Assembly: GCA_040767965.1 (NCBI GenBank)
Contig: JAXGNR010000009.1
Span: 1 to 64,000 of the forward strand
DNA: 64,000 bases
Origin: Atribacterota bacterium
GTDB taxonomy: Bacteria; Atribacterota; Phoenicimicrobiia; Phoenicimicrobiales; Stramentimicrobiaceae
Reading direction: 5' to 3'
In this document: positions 10,281 through 20,738 of the stretch, in pieces
Layout: the number at the start of each line of letters is the position of its first letter
How positions within the stretch are numbered: position 1 is the first letter of the stretch
The notes under the pieces: model-generated
Database searches by the model: none
Seen by the model: only the letters and a program-made list of their open reading frames with translations
What the model was told of the DNA's origin: nothing
Program-made: the position numbers and the translations under genes

Positions 10281-11576
10281 ATGACCAAAATTAATTTGCC
10301 TAAAAAATTAACTGGAGGCAACTTTTTTTATGGATGGATTATAGTCATTATTTGTGCAATAAGCGGTTTTTTTTCAGGACCCGGGCAAACATTTGGTATT
10401 TCTGTCTTTATTGATCCTTTGATTGAATATTTAGGCATGAGCCGTTCAACGATTTCCAGCTATTATTCAGCCGGAACGTTATTAGCAGGTATCCTGGTAG
10501 TTTTTATAAGCAGACAAATTGATATTATAGGGCATCGAAAGGCTATGACTTTAATTTCCATTATTTTTGGTGGAGTTTGCCTGTTTATGAGCTTTATAAC
10601 CCAAAACTGGATGTTATTCACTGGATTTTTTTTGATGAGATTATTCGGACAAAGCTCTATGACCATTGGACCTTCCACCTTGATACCCCACTGGTTTTCT
10701 GAAAAAAGAGGTAAAGCATTAAGTTTGATGAGCCTGGGACAAATTATGGCTGCTTTTTTATTGCCAGTTTTAAATATTTATTTGATAAAGATCTACGGCT
10801 GGCAAAACACCTGGCGTTTTTGGGGTTTAACTATCTGGATTATCATGGTTCCTTTGGCCTGTTTTTTTATCCGCAATAAACCTGCAGATATTGGATTATT
10901 ACCTGATGGTAAACAAATAGCATCTATCACTGATAATGGGGAAACTAAAAATAATGGTAGTGATGCAGTGCTGGAAATTCCTTCAAAAACATTAATAGAG
11001 GCCTGCAAGACTTTTTCTTTCTGGGTGTTACTATTATGTATCTTTGTACCATCCATGGTTAGTACTGGAATTACTTTTCATATAGTTTCAGTTTTTGCCA
11101 GTAAAGGTTATTCAGCTCAGGTCGCAGCTACAGTGCTCAGTATTCAGGCTATTGTCAGCATTCCCTCAGCGCTGTTTGCCGGTATTGTGCTGGACAAAAT
11201 AAAAATTCGAAATGTGATTAATATTTTATTTATATTTTATTCTTTTTCTCTGATCTGGTTATTCCTATCCAGCAATTTATTACAGGCCATAATTTATGGT
11301 GTACTGGCAGGAATAATGATGGGTTTCAATCAGGTTATCATCAATATTACCTGGCCTGTCTATTTTGGTTTAAATCATTTGGGGAGTATTCGTGGTATTG
11401 TTCAGATGGCTTTGGTAATCGGCTCTGCTTTTGGACCGCTTCCTTTTGGGTTTGCCTACAATATTTTTAATGGTTATCAGGAAATAATTATTGCAACTAT
11501 TCTTATTGCTATAACAACAGCAATATTGACCTTTTTTATTGCTCCCCAACCTGAGAAAACTAAAATACTGCAATAA
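10281..11576 (+). CDS. MFS transporter
   Basis: About 12 hydrophobic segments, FFYGW, SGPGQT, WFSEKRGKA. Confidence 0.9.
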   Translation: MTKINLPKKLTGGNFFYGWIIVIICAISGFFSGPGQTFGISVFIDPLIEYLGMSRSTISSYYSAGTLLAGILVVFISRQIDIIGHRKAMTLISIIFGGVCLFMSFITQNWMLFTGFFLMRLFGQSSMTIGPSTLIPHWFSEKRGKALSLMSLGQIMAAFLLPVLNIYLIKIYGWQNTWRFWGLTIWIIMVPLACFFIRNKPADIGLLPDGKQIASITDNGETKNNGSDAVLEIPSKTLIEACKTFSFWVLLLCIFVPSMVSTGITFHIVSVFASKGYSAQVAATVLSIQAIVSIPSALFAGIVLDKIKIRNVINILFIFYSFSLIWLFLSSNLLQAIIYGVLAGIMMGFNQVIINITWPVYFGLNHLGSIRGIVQMALVIGSAFGPLPFGFAYNIFNGYQEIIIATILIAITTAILTFFIAPQPEKTKILQ

Positions 11577-11610
11577 AAGTAGAAAAAATATAACTTTCAT
11601 GCTGGTAGTT

Positions 11611-11639
11611 TTGACAATAAGGGCACCTTATAACATAAT
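11611..11639 (+). promoter_or_regulatory. Sigma70-type promoter
   Basis: TTGACA-17 nt-CATAAT upstream of the ribokinase gene. Confidence 0.55.
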
Positions 11640-11674
11640 ATAAGTAGTTATATTTAACAAAAAGGTCAATTAAT

Positions 11675-12604
11675 ATGTCAACAGTTATTGTTGTTGGAGG
11701 AATTAATTTAGATTGTATGGCTTTCTTGCCTTACTTTCCCCTGGAGGGGAGTAATTTACGTGCTCGTGATTTAAGATACTGTCTGGGAGGAAGAGGAGCA
11801 AATCAAGCTGTAGCTTTGACAAATTTAAAAACCACCAGTATTTTATTGGGAAAAGTAGGCGATGATTTTGCAGGAGATTATATATTAAACGAGTTAAAAA
11901 AGTACAAAGTTAATACTGAATATGTTGTTAAAAGTAGCAGTAACAAGACCGGAAGCTGTTCGATTTTGGTTAGCCCTAACGGAGAAAATACTATTATCGG
12001 ATATCCTGCTGTTAACCGAATGATTGGACCGGAATTTCTAATCCGCTTCGAATACCTGTTTGAGTTTAGCCAATGGTTGACCGTTTCTCTGGAATATCCT
12101 TTAGATACAGTTCTGTTTGCCTTGAAGATGGCCAGGAAATCCGGCATGAAAACGGTTTTGGATCCATCTCCGCTAATTGATTTGCCAAACCAGGACCTAT
12201 GGCCTCTTGTAGATTATGTCTTACCCAATTTAAAAGAATTAAAAAGGTTAACAGGTGAAAAAGAAATCCTGGCAGGGGCACTTGCTTTAAAGGAATGGGG
12301 AGTAAAAGAAGTTATCGTTAAACACGGAGCCACAGGCAGCAGTTATCTTTCCAAGGGAGAAATGTTAAATATGACTGCTTTTCCGGTGAAATCAGTAGTT
12401 GATACCACTGGTGCCGGTGATTTATTTAATGCTGCTTTTATTTATGGTCTGATTCAGACTGGCTCTATTGAAACAGCAGTTCAAATTGCCAATTTGGTGG
12501 CTTCTTATGCAGTTCAAAAAAGAGGAACTTGTGAATCTTTCCCCATGAGGAGAGATATTGACTGGAGCTTGTTGCAAAAAAAGAAAGATGAGCAGTTATT
12601 TTAA
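11675..12604 (+). CDS. Ribokinase / PfkB family kinase
   Basis: GGRGANQA, GKVGDD, VDTTGAGDLF. Confidence 0.9.
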   Translation: MSTVIVVGGINLDCMAFLPYFPLEGSNLRARDLRYCLGGRGANQAVALTNLKTTSILLGKVGDDFAGDYILNELKKYKVNTEYVVKSSSNKTGSCSILVSPNGENTIIGYPAVNRMIGPEFLIRFEYLFEFSQWLTVSLEYPLDTVLFALKMARKSGMKTVLDPSPLIDLPNQDLWPLVDYVLPNLKELKRLTGEKEILAGALALKEWGVKEVIVKHGATGSSYLSKGEMLNMTAFPVKSVVDTTGAGDLFNAAFIYGLIQTGSIETAVQIANLVASYAVQKRGTCESFPMRRDIDWSLLQKKKDEQLF

Positions 12605-12658
12605 AGCAATTATATAGATTAAGTAAGAGATTATATTTACCAGAAAAAGGAGATTTTA

Positions 12659-13075
12659 ATGTCAGAAAAGTGCATTTTTTGCCAGATTATTAAAAAAGAA
12701 AAATCAGCTTATATTGTATATGAAGATGAACAATGCCTGGCTTTTCTGGATGCTTTTCCGGTAACTGAAGGACATACCCTGGTTGTTCCCAAAAGACATT
12801 ATGAAAATATCTATGATATTCCGGAAGAAATACTGACTTATATTATGAAAGCAGGTAAAAAACTGGCTTTGAACTATCAGGATATTTTCGGCTCTGTGGG
12901 ATTAAATATTATTCAATCAAATGGTGTGGTTGCCAAACAGACTGTATTTCATTTTCATCTGCATTTGATACCCCGGTATCAAGACGATGGATTAGCTTTG
13001 TTCAGACATCATTTTACCAGAACAGATTATGATCTCCAAAGCACTTATCAAAAAATTGTATCTTTTAAAAAATAA
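12659..13075 (+). CDS. HIT family nucleotide hydrolase
   Basis: CIFC, GHTLVVPK, QTVFHFHLHLIP histidine triad. Confidence 0.93.
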   Translation: MSEKCIFCQIIKKEKSAYIVYEDEQCLAFLDAFPVTEGHTLVVPKRHYENIYDIPEEILTYIMKAGKKLALNYQDIFGSVGLNIIQSNGVVAKQTVFHFHLHLIPRYQDDGLALFRHHFTRTDYDLQSTYQKIVSFKK

Positions 13076-13093
13076 AATTCTTTAGGAACTATT

Positions 13094-16000
13094 ATGTTTC
13101 ATTTGATTAAACCCTTACAAAAAATACTTGAAAATCATCCTTTAGAAAAAAAGATTATGCTTACCTCATCTTATATTGACAGCAATTCTTTCCAAAAGAT
13201 CCTCTCTTTGGAGGGTGTACAGTTATTAAATTTACAATACAGTACCTTTTATGATATTGCCAGAGAATATGCACTGGCAGCTATTATAGAAAACAGGTTA
13301 AATATTTTGGATAATTCCCTGGGATTGGTTCTGATTATGCAAATTTTGAAAGAATTAACTTCTCAGGGTAAATTGTCTTATTTCAAGCTACCCCTGATTA
13401 CTTCTGGTCTGGCTAAAACTATTTTCCGAACAATCAAAGAGATCAGATCTTCCGGCTATACTTCGAAAAACTGGTTATCTGCAACTGACCCTGACTCAGG
13501 TAAGATGCAGGATTTGTCTCTGGTGCTGACAGAATATGAAAAACAATTACAGGAAAGAGGTTTAGCAGATGAAGCAAGGATTTATAACCTGGCTAGTAAC
13601 TCATCAGGGAAGAGAGAAGCTGTTTTTATTATCCCGACAGATTTGCAGCTTAATTCATTAGAGCAGATCTTTCTTCAGAAGATCAGGAAAGAAAAATTAT
13701 ATGTTATAGAAGTTTCCTGTCCTGAGGCTTTAGTTGCTCCCTGGAGTTTCCCGTTAGTTGAAATTAAAAAGCAGAAACAGTCTGCCGGAAAGGAAATATT
13801 TGATTATTTAAATCATCAAAATGATTCACCTATCCAATTTCCTACAACAGAAATGGAATTTTTCAATGCCCATGGCGAGTATGCTGAAGTAAAAGAAGTA
13901 TTAAGAATTATTTTTGAGCAGAAAATCCCTTTTGGTGAAATTCAAATTTTATATACCTCCCAGGAACCTTATACTCAATATTTTTATCAATTATTGAATT
14001 TAATACCACAAGATTCCTCTCTTGCAGATAAAAGAATACCAGCAACATTTCATGGGGGGATACACATTAAAAATAGCCATCCCGGTAAGATGTTTTTCGA
14101 TACCATTGATTGGATAAGTGAAAATTATAGTATTCAAAAATTATTTTTATTGCTTAACAGTGGAAATATAGAACTCCATCTTGAAGAACCTTTTCATTTA
14201 AAAAAGCTTGCTTCTTTACTAAGAAAATCCCCTATTGGCTGGGGAAGGGCTAGATATTTACCTGGGCTCCAACTGGCAATCACAGAAAAAGAAAAATTAA
14301 TGGAGAATACCTCTGATGATAAAAAGCAGATCTATCAAGAAGAAATTGCATATTATCAGCTGATCAAAGGTTGGATTGAAAGAATTTTTCAGCTTCTTCC
14401 TGATAACTCATTTGAATCACTGGTTTCTCTAGGGGATGTTGCCGGTGGTATGTATCGATTTATCTCTGAATTTGCGTTTATTGCTGATAATAAAATTGAC
14501 GAAGAAGCCCTTTCGGTTATCAAACAAAGACTATCAATATTGGAAAAAAATGCCCCTGAAAAACTTCCTTTCAGTGAAGCCCTATCATTTCTGACAGAGG
14601 TATTGGAAAATGAACATATTTGCTGCTCTGAACCATGTTCCGGGAAATTACACATTGCAAGCTACAAAAAAGGCAGATGGATAAACCGCCCTGTTAGTTT
14701 CTTAATAGGCATGGATTCTCACAGATTCCCGGGGAAAACTGATGAAGGAACAGTTTTTCTGGATTCAGAAAAAAGTCCTTATAAGCACTTGTTATCAGAT
14801 TCTCAAAAAAACAGAATGGAACAGTTGAGAATGTTTGAATTGATTCTTTCTCTGCCAGGGAAAAAACATCTGTCATATTCCAGTACAGATACCTTAAATA
14901 ATCAAGAACAGGCACCTGCTTTTATGTTGCTGCAATTATACCGGTTAGCAAATAAAGACCGGGAAAAGAGTATTGACGATTTTTATCAAGATTTAGGAGA
15001 AAAAAGAAAGTTAATTCCCAGAAGCAAAACTGGTTTATATGACGAAGGAGATGTACTGCTGTATTTTTCTAAACAGGAAAAAAGAGATTTACAATATTTT
15101 TTACAGCAAGAATACACTTCTCTAGTGCAGGGTATTAAAGCCAGTTATGAACGGAAAAAAGAAGAATTCAATATTTATTGCGGCAAAATAGCGGTTAATG
15201 CCGGTAGGATTGATCCTCGTCTAAATAGAGGTATTGTATTGTCCAGTTCCAGACTGGAAAGAATTGCTCTTTGTCCTTACCTTTACTTCTTAAAAGACAT
15301 CTTAAAGATAAATCCTCCGGAAGAAATGGAATATGATCCTGTGCAATGGCTCGACCCTTTGGAAAGAGGCCTTTTATTACACAGGATTTATGAGGATTTT
15401 TACCGCGCTTTACTGGCAGAGGCAACAGATATTACTAAGGCGCCTTACTATAAAAAACACTGGTCTTTGCTGAAAAAAATTGCCCTTGACAGCATAGAAG
15501 AAAAAAGAAAATATTTAGCTCCTCCTGGAGACTTAATTTACGAGGCAGAAAAAAGAGAGATACTGGAATCCTGTGCTATGTTTTTAACTGGAGAAGAAAA
15601 AAATTATCTAGGCCAAATACCTCAGTATTTCGAACTGGCTTTTGGTACCAGGGATAATGAACATGAAACACTGGGAAAAATAAAATCTGTTGAGATTGAC
15701 TTACCTGCCGGAGACAAGATAAGCTTCCAGGGCAAAATTGACCGGGTGGATAAATTGCCTGATAACACTTTTAGAATTATTGACTATAAGACCGGTAGTT
15801 CTAAAGAATACAAAAAAGGAAAACCTTTCCGTTATGGTCAACAAATTCAGCATGCCCTGTATGCTATTGCTTTGGAAAAAATATTCGAGAAAAAGAATAT
15901 CCCTGATAAACAGAACCAGCCAATTGTCAGCGAAGCGGGATATTATTTTCCAACTGCCTATGGCCAGGGTAGTCTGATTTTATATAAGCAGGATAAGCAA

Positions 16001-16210
16001 AATCAAGCTTTGCAGATTGTAGAGCTATTACTGGACATTGTTAGCAACGGCTATTTTGCCATGACTCAGAAACCTGATCATTTTATGTGCCGTGATTATC
16101 AGGATATTATGGAACAAAATGAAGTAATTCCGGTAAACGGCAAAAAGGCAGAAACATATCAGGATGAGCCAGCTTTAGAGGGATTGAGGAGGTTAAGGCA
16201 ATTTGAGTAA
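13094..16210 (+). CDS. addB: AddB-like subunit (degenerate helicase plus C-terminal PD-(D/E)XK nuclease)
   Basis: SSSRLE..LCPY, ERGLLLH, GKIDRVD, IIDYKTG, QHALY. Overlaps the addA-like gene. Confidence 0.8.
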   Translation: MFHLIKPLQKILENHPLEKKIMLTSSYIDSNSFQKILSLEGVQLLNLQYSTFYDIAREYALAAIIENRLNILDNSLGLVLIMQILKELTSQGKLSYFKLPLITSGLAKTIFRTIKEIRSSGYTSKNWLSATDPDSGKMQDLSLVLTEYEKQLQERGLADEARIYNLASNSSGKREAVFIIPTDLQLNSLEQIFLQKIRKEKLYVIEVSCPEALVAPWSFPLVEIKKQKQSAGKEIFDYLNHQNDSPIQFPTTEMEFFNAHGEYAEVKEVLRIIFEQKIPFGEIQILYTSQEPYTQYFYQLLNLIPQDSSLADKRIPATFHGGIHIKNSHPGKMFFDTIDWISENYSIQKLFLLLNSGNIELHLEEPFHLKKLASLLRKSPIGWGRARYLPGLQLAITEKEKLMENTSDDKKQIYQEEIAYYQLIKGWIERIFQLLPDNSFESLVSLGDVAGGMYRFISEFAFIADNKIDEEALSVIKQRLSILEKNAPEKLPFSEALSFLTEVLENEHICCSEPCSGKLHIASYKKGRWINRPVSFLIGMDSHRFPGKTDEGTVFLDSEKSPYKHLLSDSQKNRMEQLRMFELILSLPGKKHLSYSSTDTLNNQEQAPAFMLLQLYRLANKDREKSIDDFYQDLGEKRKLIPRSKTGLYDEGDVLLYFSKQEKRDLQYFLQQEYTSLVQGIKASYERKKEEFNIYCGKIAVNAGRIDPRLNRGIVLSSSRLERIALCPYLYFLKDILKINPPEEMEYDPVQWLDPLERGLLLHRIYEDFYRALLAEATDITKAPYYKKHWSLLKKIALDSIEEKRKYLAPPGDLIYEAEKREILESCAMFLTGEEKNYLGQIPQYFELAFGTRDNEHETLGKIKSVEIDLPAGDKISFQGKIDRVDKLPDNTFRIIDYKTGSSKEYKKGKPFRYGQQIQHALYAIALEKIFEKKNIPDKQNQPIVSEAGYYFPTAYGQGSLILYKQDKQNQALQIVELLLDIVSNGYFAMTQKPDHFMCRDYQDIMEQNEVIPVNGKKAETYQDEPALEGLRRLRQFE

Positions 16211-19200
16211 GAATACAACTAACATAATTCCGCCTGACCAGCAGGCCAGGGAACAGATTTTAACTGATTTAAGGCAAAACATTCTGGTTGAAGCCAGTGC
16301 CGGTTCTGGAAAAACATCCAGCCTGGTGGGTAGAATGGTGTCATTGGTTCAATCCGGGAAAAACCTCGTGGAACAGGTTGCTGCCATTACTTTTACCCGA
16401 AAAGCTGCTCTGGAAATGAAAGAGCGTTTTCAAAAAAAGCTGGAAGAAAGTTTCCGCCAGTGCACAGGTGGTACAGAAAAAAAAATATTAAGAGAAGCCC
16501 TGTCCGGTATCGAACAGGGTTATATTGGAACTATTCATTCTTTTTGTGCCCGGATTTTAAGAGAATTTCCCATAGAGGCGAATCTGGATCCTGAATTTAT
16601 AGAGATGGATGAAATTGATAATATTTTGTTTATGGAAAAAGCCTGGGAAAAATATTTAAGCAATTTAAAAATTTCCAATTCCTCTATTTTAAAAAATTTA
16701 GAATATTCCGGTATAGAAATCAAAGACCTTAAGGGGTGTTATCAACAGGTATGTCTTTATCCTGATATTGAAATTAATTTTCAACCATGTGCTACTCCCA
16801 ATCTACAACGGGCCTTCGAAAAATTAGTTTCTTTTTGTGAGGAGGCTCTTCCTTATATTCCTCATCCTGAAACAGAGAAAGGATATGACAGGATTCAAGA
16901 GGCAATCTTGCTGGTGCTAAGATTAAAAAATTATGCACCTTTTATTAAAAAAGATTTTAATATCGTATCATTGCTGGAAAATTTCAATAAAGATTTTTCC
17001 AGCTCAGGTCAGATTACTCAAAACCGCTGGCTGGACAAGGCCGTTGCCAAAGAATATAAAGAAGAAGTTTTGCCGGAATTAAAAGAGAGATATATTGAAC
17101 CGACTATCAATGAATGGCAGGAATACTGTCATTACCATGTTTTTCAGTTCATAATACCAGCAGTAAATTATTATCATGATTATCGGGAAAAATACTCTTT
17201 ACTTAATTTTCAGGATCTTTTGATAAAAGCAGCCCGACTTTTACAGGATTATAGTGAAGTCCGAAGATATTTTCAGAAAAAATATCCTGTTTTATTGGTA
17301 GATGAGTTTCAGGATACCGATCCTTTGCAGGCAGAGATAATTTTTTATCTTACCGGAAGTGATACCATGGAAAAAGACTGGCAAAAAATAGTGCCCAGAC
17401 CGGGGTCTCTCTTTATTGTCGGTGATCCCCAGCAATCAATTTATCATTTTCGCCGTGCTGATATTGCGGTTTACCAGCAGGTTAAAGGATTAATAGAAAA
17501 AAGCGGTGGAAAAACACTTCAGTTAAACAGTAATTTCCGTTCTCTGAAATCTATTGCTGATTATTTAAACCCGGTTTTTGCTGATTTATTTTCTGCTCAA
17601 CAAGGAGAATTTCAGGCTCAATATGCGCCTATGGAGGCAATCAGGGATGGCCAGCCAGGTCATTTGTCAGGCATCCGACAGTTAATAATTAACAAAGACA
17701 GTCTCAAGGAGAAAACCATTGAAAATGATGCCCGGGCTATTGCTCAGCTTATCAAAAAATGGGTTACCCAGAAATATCAAATTACCCGAAGAGAAGAAGA
17801 GATGCATAAAGGAATTACTTCAGAGGTTGATTACAATGATTTTATGATTTTACTGCGTTATAAAAAAGGTATGGATGTTTACGCACGAGTATTATCAGAA
17901 TATGATATTCCTGTAACAGTTACCGGTAGTGCCTCAATTAATCAGTCTGCAGGTGTCCGTGAATTATTAAAACTGCTGCGTTTATTGCGGGATCCGGAAA
18001 ATGAAGTTTTACTGGTAGCAGTATTGCGAGGTATTTTTTATGGTTTTTCTGATGAAGAGCTTTATAAGTTTAAAGATGCTGGAGGAGTTTTTGATTTTAC
18101 AGCAGCAATTCCGACAGACATTGAACAGACAGTAAGAGATAAAATCCATTTAGCCTTTGAAAACTTAAATTGTTATTATGCCTGGAGCAAGGAACTATTG
18201 CCCACCCAGACATTTTCCAGAATATTGACTTGTACCGGTTTGAGGGCGGCTTCCCATATACAGTCTGAACAAATAATACAGGAGAATGAACTCTATTATT
18301 TACTGGAATACCTGCAAAAACTGGAAATGGATCGGTTTTATACCTTTACAGATATGGTTGCCGAAATTGAAAGATTATGTGAGGCAGGTGTTGAGGAAGA
18401 ATATGACTTGCAAGCAGAGAGCAATACTGTTCGTATTATGAATCTGCATAAAGCTAAAGGGTTGGAGGCACCTATTGTTTTTTTGGCAATTCCCTTTAAT
18501 AACAAAAGACATGCTCCGGATTTTCATGTACAACGTCGATCAGCAGCCCCAGCAGGTCACTTTATAGTTAAAAAAACTAATGATTATGGAAATGGGAAAA
18601 TTATTGCCAAACCAGCCAAGTGGGAAGATTATTCTCAGACTGAAACTTTGTACTTAAAAGCAGAAGAAACACGCCTGTTGTATGTGGCGGCAACCAGAGC
18701 TAAAAACCTCCTGATAATAAGCAGTTTGGGGAAAGAGGCAATTCATAATGAAAACATCCCCTGGGGGCCATTATTAAAAGAGATTAGAGAAGAAATGATT
18801 CTTACTGTTCCAGAGATGCCTGCAGTAATAAAATCAGCACACACTACAGCATCTTTTTCAACAGAAGAACACAAAGATCAGCTACGAAATATAGCAGCCA
18901 ATTATCAGAATAGCCAGCAAAAAAAATACCTGGAAAGAACACCCTCTAATATAAAAAATGATGAAAACAGGATAATCGAAGTTATTCCTACTATTGATAA
19001 AGGTGGAGTACATTGGGGGAAGACAGTTCATGAGGTACTGGAATATCTGATTACCAATCAGCCATCAGCAGAACTTCTTTCCTCTTTTATTGTCTATTCC
19101 CTGGAGAAAAATAATCTGGCGGTAATACGGAAAGAAGAGCTGGAACAACTTATCTGCGACTTCCAAAATAAACCTCTCTTTAAGCGTATTATGCAGGCAG

Positions 19201-19526
19201 AAAAAAGATTGGCGGAGATTCCTTTTCACTTGAAAGTAACTGAAGACGATCCTCTCTATCAAGAATTAACGGATGCTGAAGAAAATAATACAATCAGTTC
19301 TTTGCCGATTATTTTAAACGGTATCATTGATTTGGCTTTTAAAGAAGAGGATGGCTGGATAATTGTTGATTACAAAACTGACTGTCCACAGGATAAGAAT
19401 GATTTTGGAAGATTGGAACAAATATACCAGAAACAGATTGACATCTATGCAGCTATCTGGCAAAAATTAACTCAGGGAAAAGTAAAAGAAAAGATTATTT
19501 ATTTTTTGAGCAAGCAACCGGCATAA
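16203..19526 (+). CDS. addA: AddA-like UvrD helicase-nuclease
   Basis: ASAGSGKT, ITFT, TIHSF, VDEFQDT, VGDPQQSIY, HKAKGLE, YVAATRA, GIIDL..VDYKT. Confidence 0.88.
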   Translation: MSKNTTNIIPPDQQAREQILTDLRQNILVEASAGSGKTSSLVGRMVSLVQSGKNLVEQVAAITFTRKAALEMKERFQKKLEESFRQCTGGTEKKILREALSGIEQGYIGTIHSFCARILREFPIEANLDPEFIEMDEIDNILFMEKAWEKYLSNLKISNSSILKNLEYSGIEIKDLKGCYQQVCLYPDIEINFQPCATPNLQRAFEKLVSFCEEALPYIPHPETEKGYDRIQEAILLVLRLKNYAPFIKKDFNIVSLLENFNKDFSSSGQITQNRWLDKAVAKEYKEEVLPELKERYIEPTINEWQEYCHYHVFQFIIPAVNYYHDYREKYSLLNFQDLLIKAARLLQDYSEVRRYFQKKYPVLLVDEFQDTDPLQAEIIFYLTGSDTMEKDWQKIVPRPGSLFIVGDPQQSIYHFRRADIAVYQQVKGLIEKSGGKTLQLNSNFRSLKSIADYLNPVFADLFSAQQGEFQAQYAPMEAIRDGQPGHLSGIRQLIINKDSLKEKTIENDARAIAQLIKKWVTQKYQITRREEEMHKGITSEVDYNDFMILLRYKKGMDVYARVLSEYDIPVTVTGSASINQSAGVRELLKLLRLLRDPENEVLLVAVLRGIFYGFSDEELYKFKDAGGVFDFTAAIPTDIEQTVRDKIHLAFENLNCYYAWSKELLPTQTFSRILTCTGLRAASHIQSEQIIQENELYYLLEYLQKLEMDRFYTFTDMVAEIERLCEAGVEEEYDLQAESNTVRIMNLHKAKGLEAPIVFLAIPFNNKRHAPDFHVQRRSAAPAGHFIVKKTNDYGNGKIIAKPAKWEDYSQTETLYLKAEETRLLYVAATRAKNLLIISSLGKEAIHNENIPWGPLLKEIREEMILTVPEMPAVIKSAHTTASFSTEEHKDQLRNIAANYQNSQQKKYLERTPSNIKNDENRIIEVIPTIDKGGVHWGKTVHEVLEYLITNQPSAELLSSFIVYSLEKNNLAVIRKEELEQLICDFQNKPLFKRIMQAEKRLAEIPFHLKVTEDDPLYQELTDAEENNTISSLPIILNGIIDLAFKEEDGWIIVDYKTDCPQDKNDFGRLEQIYQKQIDIYAAIWQKLTQGKVKEKIIYFLSKQPA

Positions 19527-19541
19527 AACCGGTTACTTGCT
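19509..19541. terminator. Probable bidirectional terminator between convergent addA and hesB-like genes
   Basis: agcaagcaaccgg-cataaaa-ccggttacttgct, a 13-bp stem with one mismatch. Confidence 0.6.
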
Positions 19542-19553
19542 TATTATTATAAC

Positions 19554-19853
19554 TTAACAACAAGAAGAGTTGTACCCTTCTGCATAAACCTGGAAACCTT
19601 TATTCAGGAAGAAATCCTGATAGTCAACGCTAAACCCATTGAACTGATCTGCTAAATCCTGTTCAATAACAAAATCCAGGTTTTCTATATTAATGTTTTG
19701 ATCATTGTTTTTTTGCTCATCCAGAGCAATTCCAAATCTGGGGCCTCCTCAGCCAATGCCAGTCATCATAATACGGACATTTTTGCCCTGGCCATTTTTT
19801 CCCAGCATTTCTTTTAGTTTTGCTGCTGCTTTTGCAGTAATATTAATTTTCAT
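19554..19853 (-). CDS. HesB/IscA-like selenoprotein, 99 aa, Sec at codon 35 (UGA at 19751-19749)
   Basis: Absent from the ORF track. Manual translation MKINITAKAAAKLKEMLGKNGQGKNVRIMMTGIG-U-GGPRFGIALDE...FSVDYQDFFLNKGFQVYAEGYNSSCC*. AAGGAG RBS, G-U-GGP at the IscA Cys position, and a SECIS-like hairpin downstream. Confidence 0.92.
19713..19729 (-). promoter_or_regulatory. Bacterial SECIS candidate of the HesB-like gene
   Basis: mRNA UUGCUC-UGGAU-GAGCAA. The loop begins 25 nt 3' of the UGA and contains G at position 2. Confidence 0.65.
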
Positions 19854-19918
19854 ATGTTACAACTCCTTTACAGAATAGTTTTCCGAATTTTCATTTTAAG
19901 CTATTTTAGATCAGTAGA

Positions 19919-19948
19919 TTATAATAACATGAATTGGAAAAAAGTCAA
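19919..19948 (-). promoter_or_regulatory. Sigma70-type promoter for the hesB-like gene
   Basis: Minus strand reads TTGACT-16 nt ending TGT-TATTATAA. Confidence 0.45.
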
Positions 19949-20085
19949 ATTATTTTAATTAAAAACCCATCTGGTACTAATTAGAATATTGACAAATAGT
20001 GTTATAATTTTTATATGAAAAATATTTCATATATTACTCTTAACATTCTAGTATATTTTAATTAAAAAGGAAAGGAGGTGACAAG

Positions 20086-20733
20086 ATGAAAAAAAGTATT
20101 CTTTTTTTAGCCCTGCTAGCTCTGGCTAGCATGATAATGTCAGGTTGTATGTTGCCCTTTTTTGGTAACGAACCTCCTGTTATCAAGTCTAATCCACCAT
20201 CTACTGCCAAAATTGGAGACACTTACATTTACCAGGTAGATGCCACTGATGATAATGATGTATTAAAATTCAGTTTAAACAATTCTCCTGTGGGAATGAC
20301 CATGGACGATAGTGGTTTGATTGAATGGAGCCCAACTGAAGATCAGGTTGGTAATCATACCGTTCAGCTGAAAGTAAGTGATGGATGGAACAGTGTTACC
20401 CAGGAATTTACAGTAGAAGTAAAAAATATTAAGCTGGATTCCATCAGCGTTTTGCCTGAAAATATGACAATCCTAAGAGGAAGCACAGTTTCTATTACTT
20501 CTATAACTGCTCATTATGATGATGGATCCAGTGTTCAAATTTCCAAATCTGATTGTGAATATGAGTCTTCAAATGTAAATCTCGCAAGTGTTAACATATA
20601 TGGCCAGGTTGTTGGGAAAATAGCTGGAAGTGTTACTATTACTGTCAGTTACTCTGAAAATGATGTAACTGTACAAGATACAGTTTCAGTAACAGTTCAA
20701 AACCCCCCAACCGGAGGTGGCTGAGGTTCATAA
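20086..20733 (+). CDS. Surface lipoprotein with two Ig-like domains (He_PIG/cadherin-like plus Big_2). Ends at 20724 if UGA is stop, 20733 if UGA is Sec
   Basis: Lipobox IMSGC, YQVDATD..P.GM.....G.IEWSP Ig repeat, Big_2-like YESSN..ASV..G.V. The terminal TGA is followed by GGT TCA TAA TAA. Confidence 0.8.
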
Positions 20734-20738
20734 TAAAA

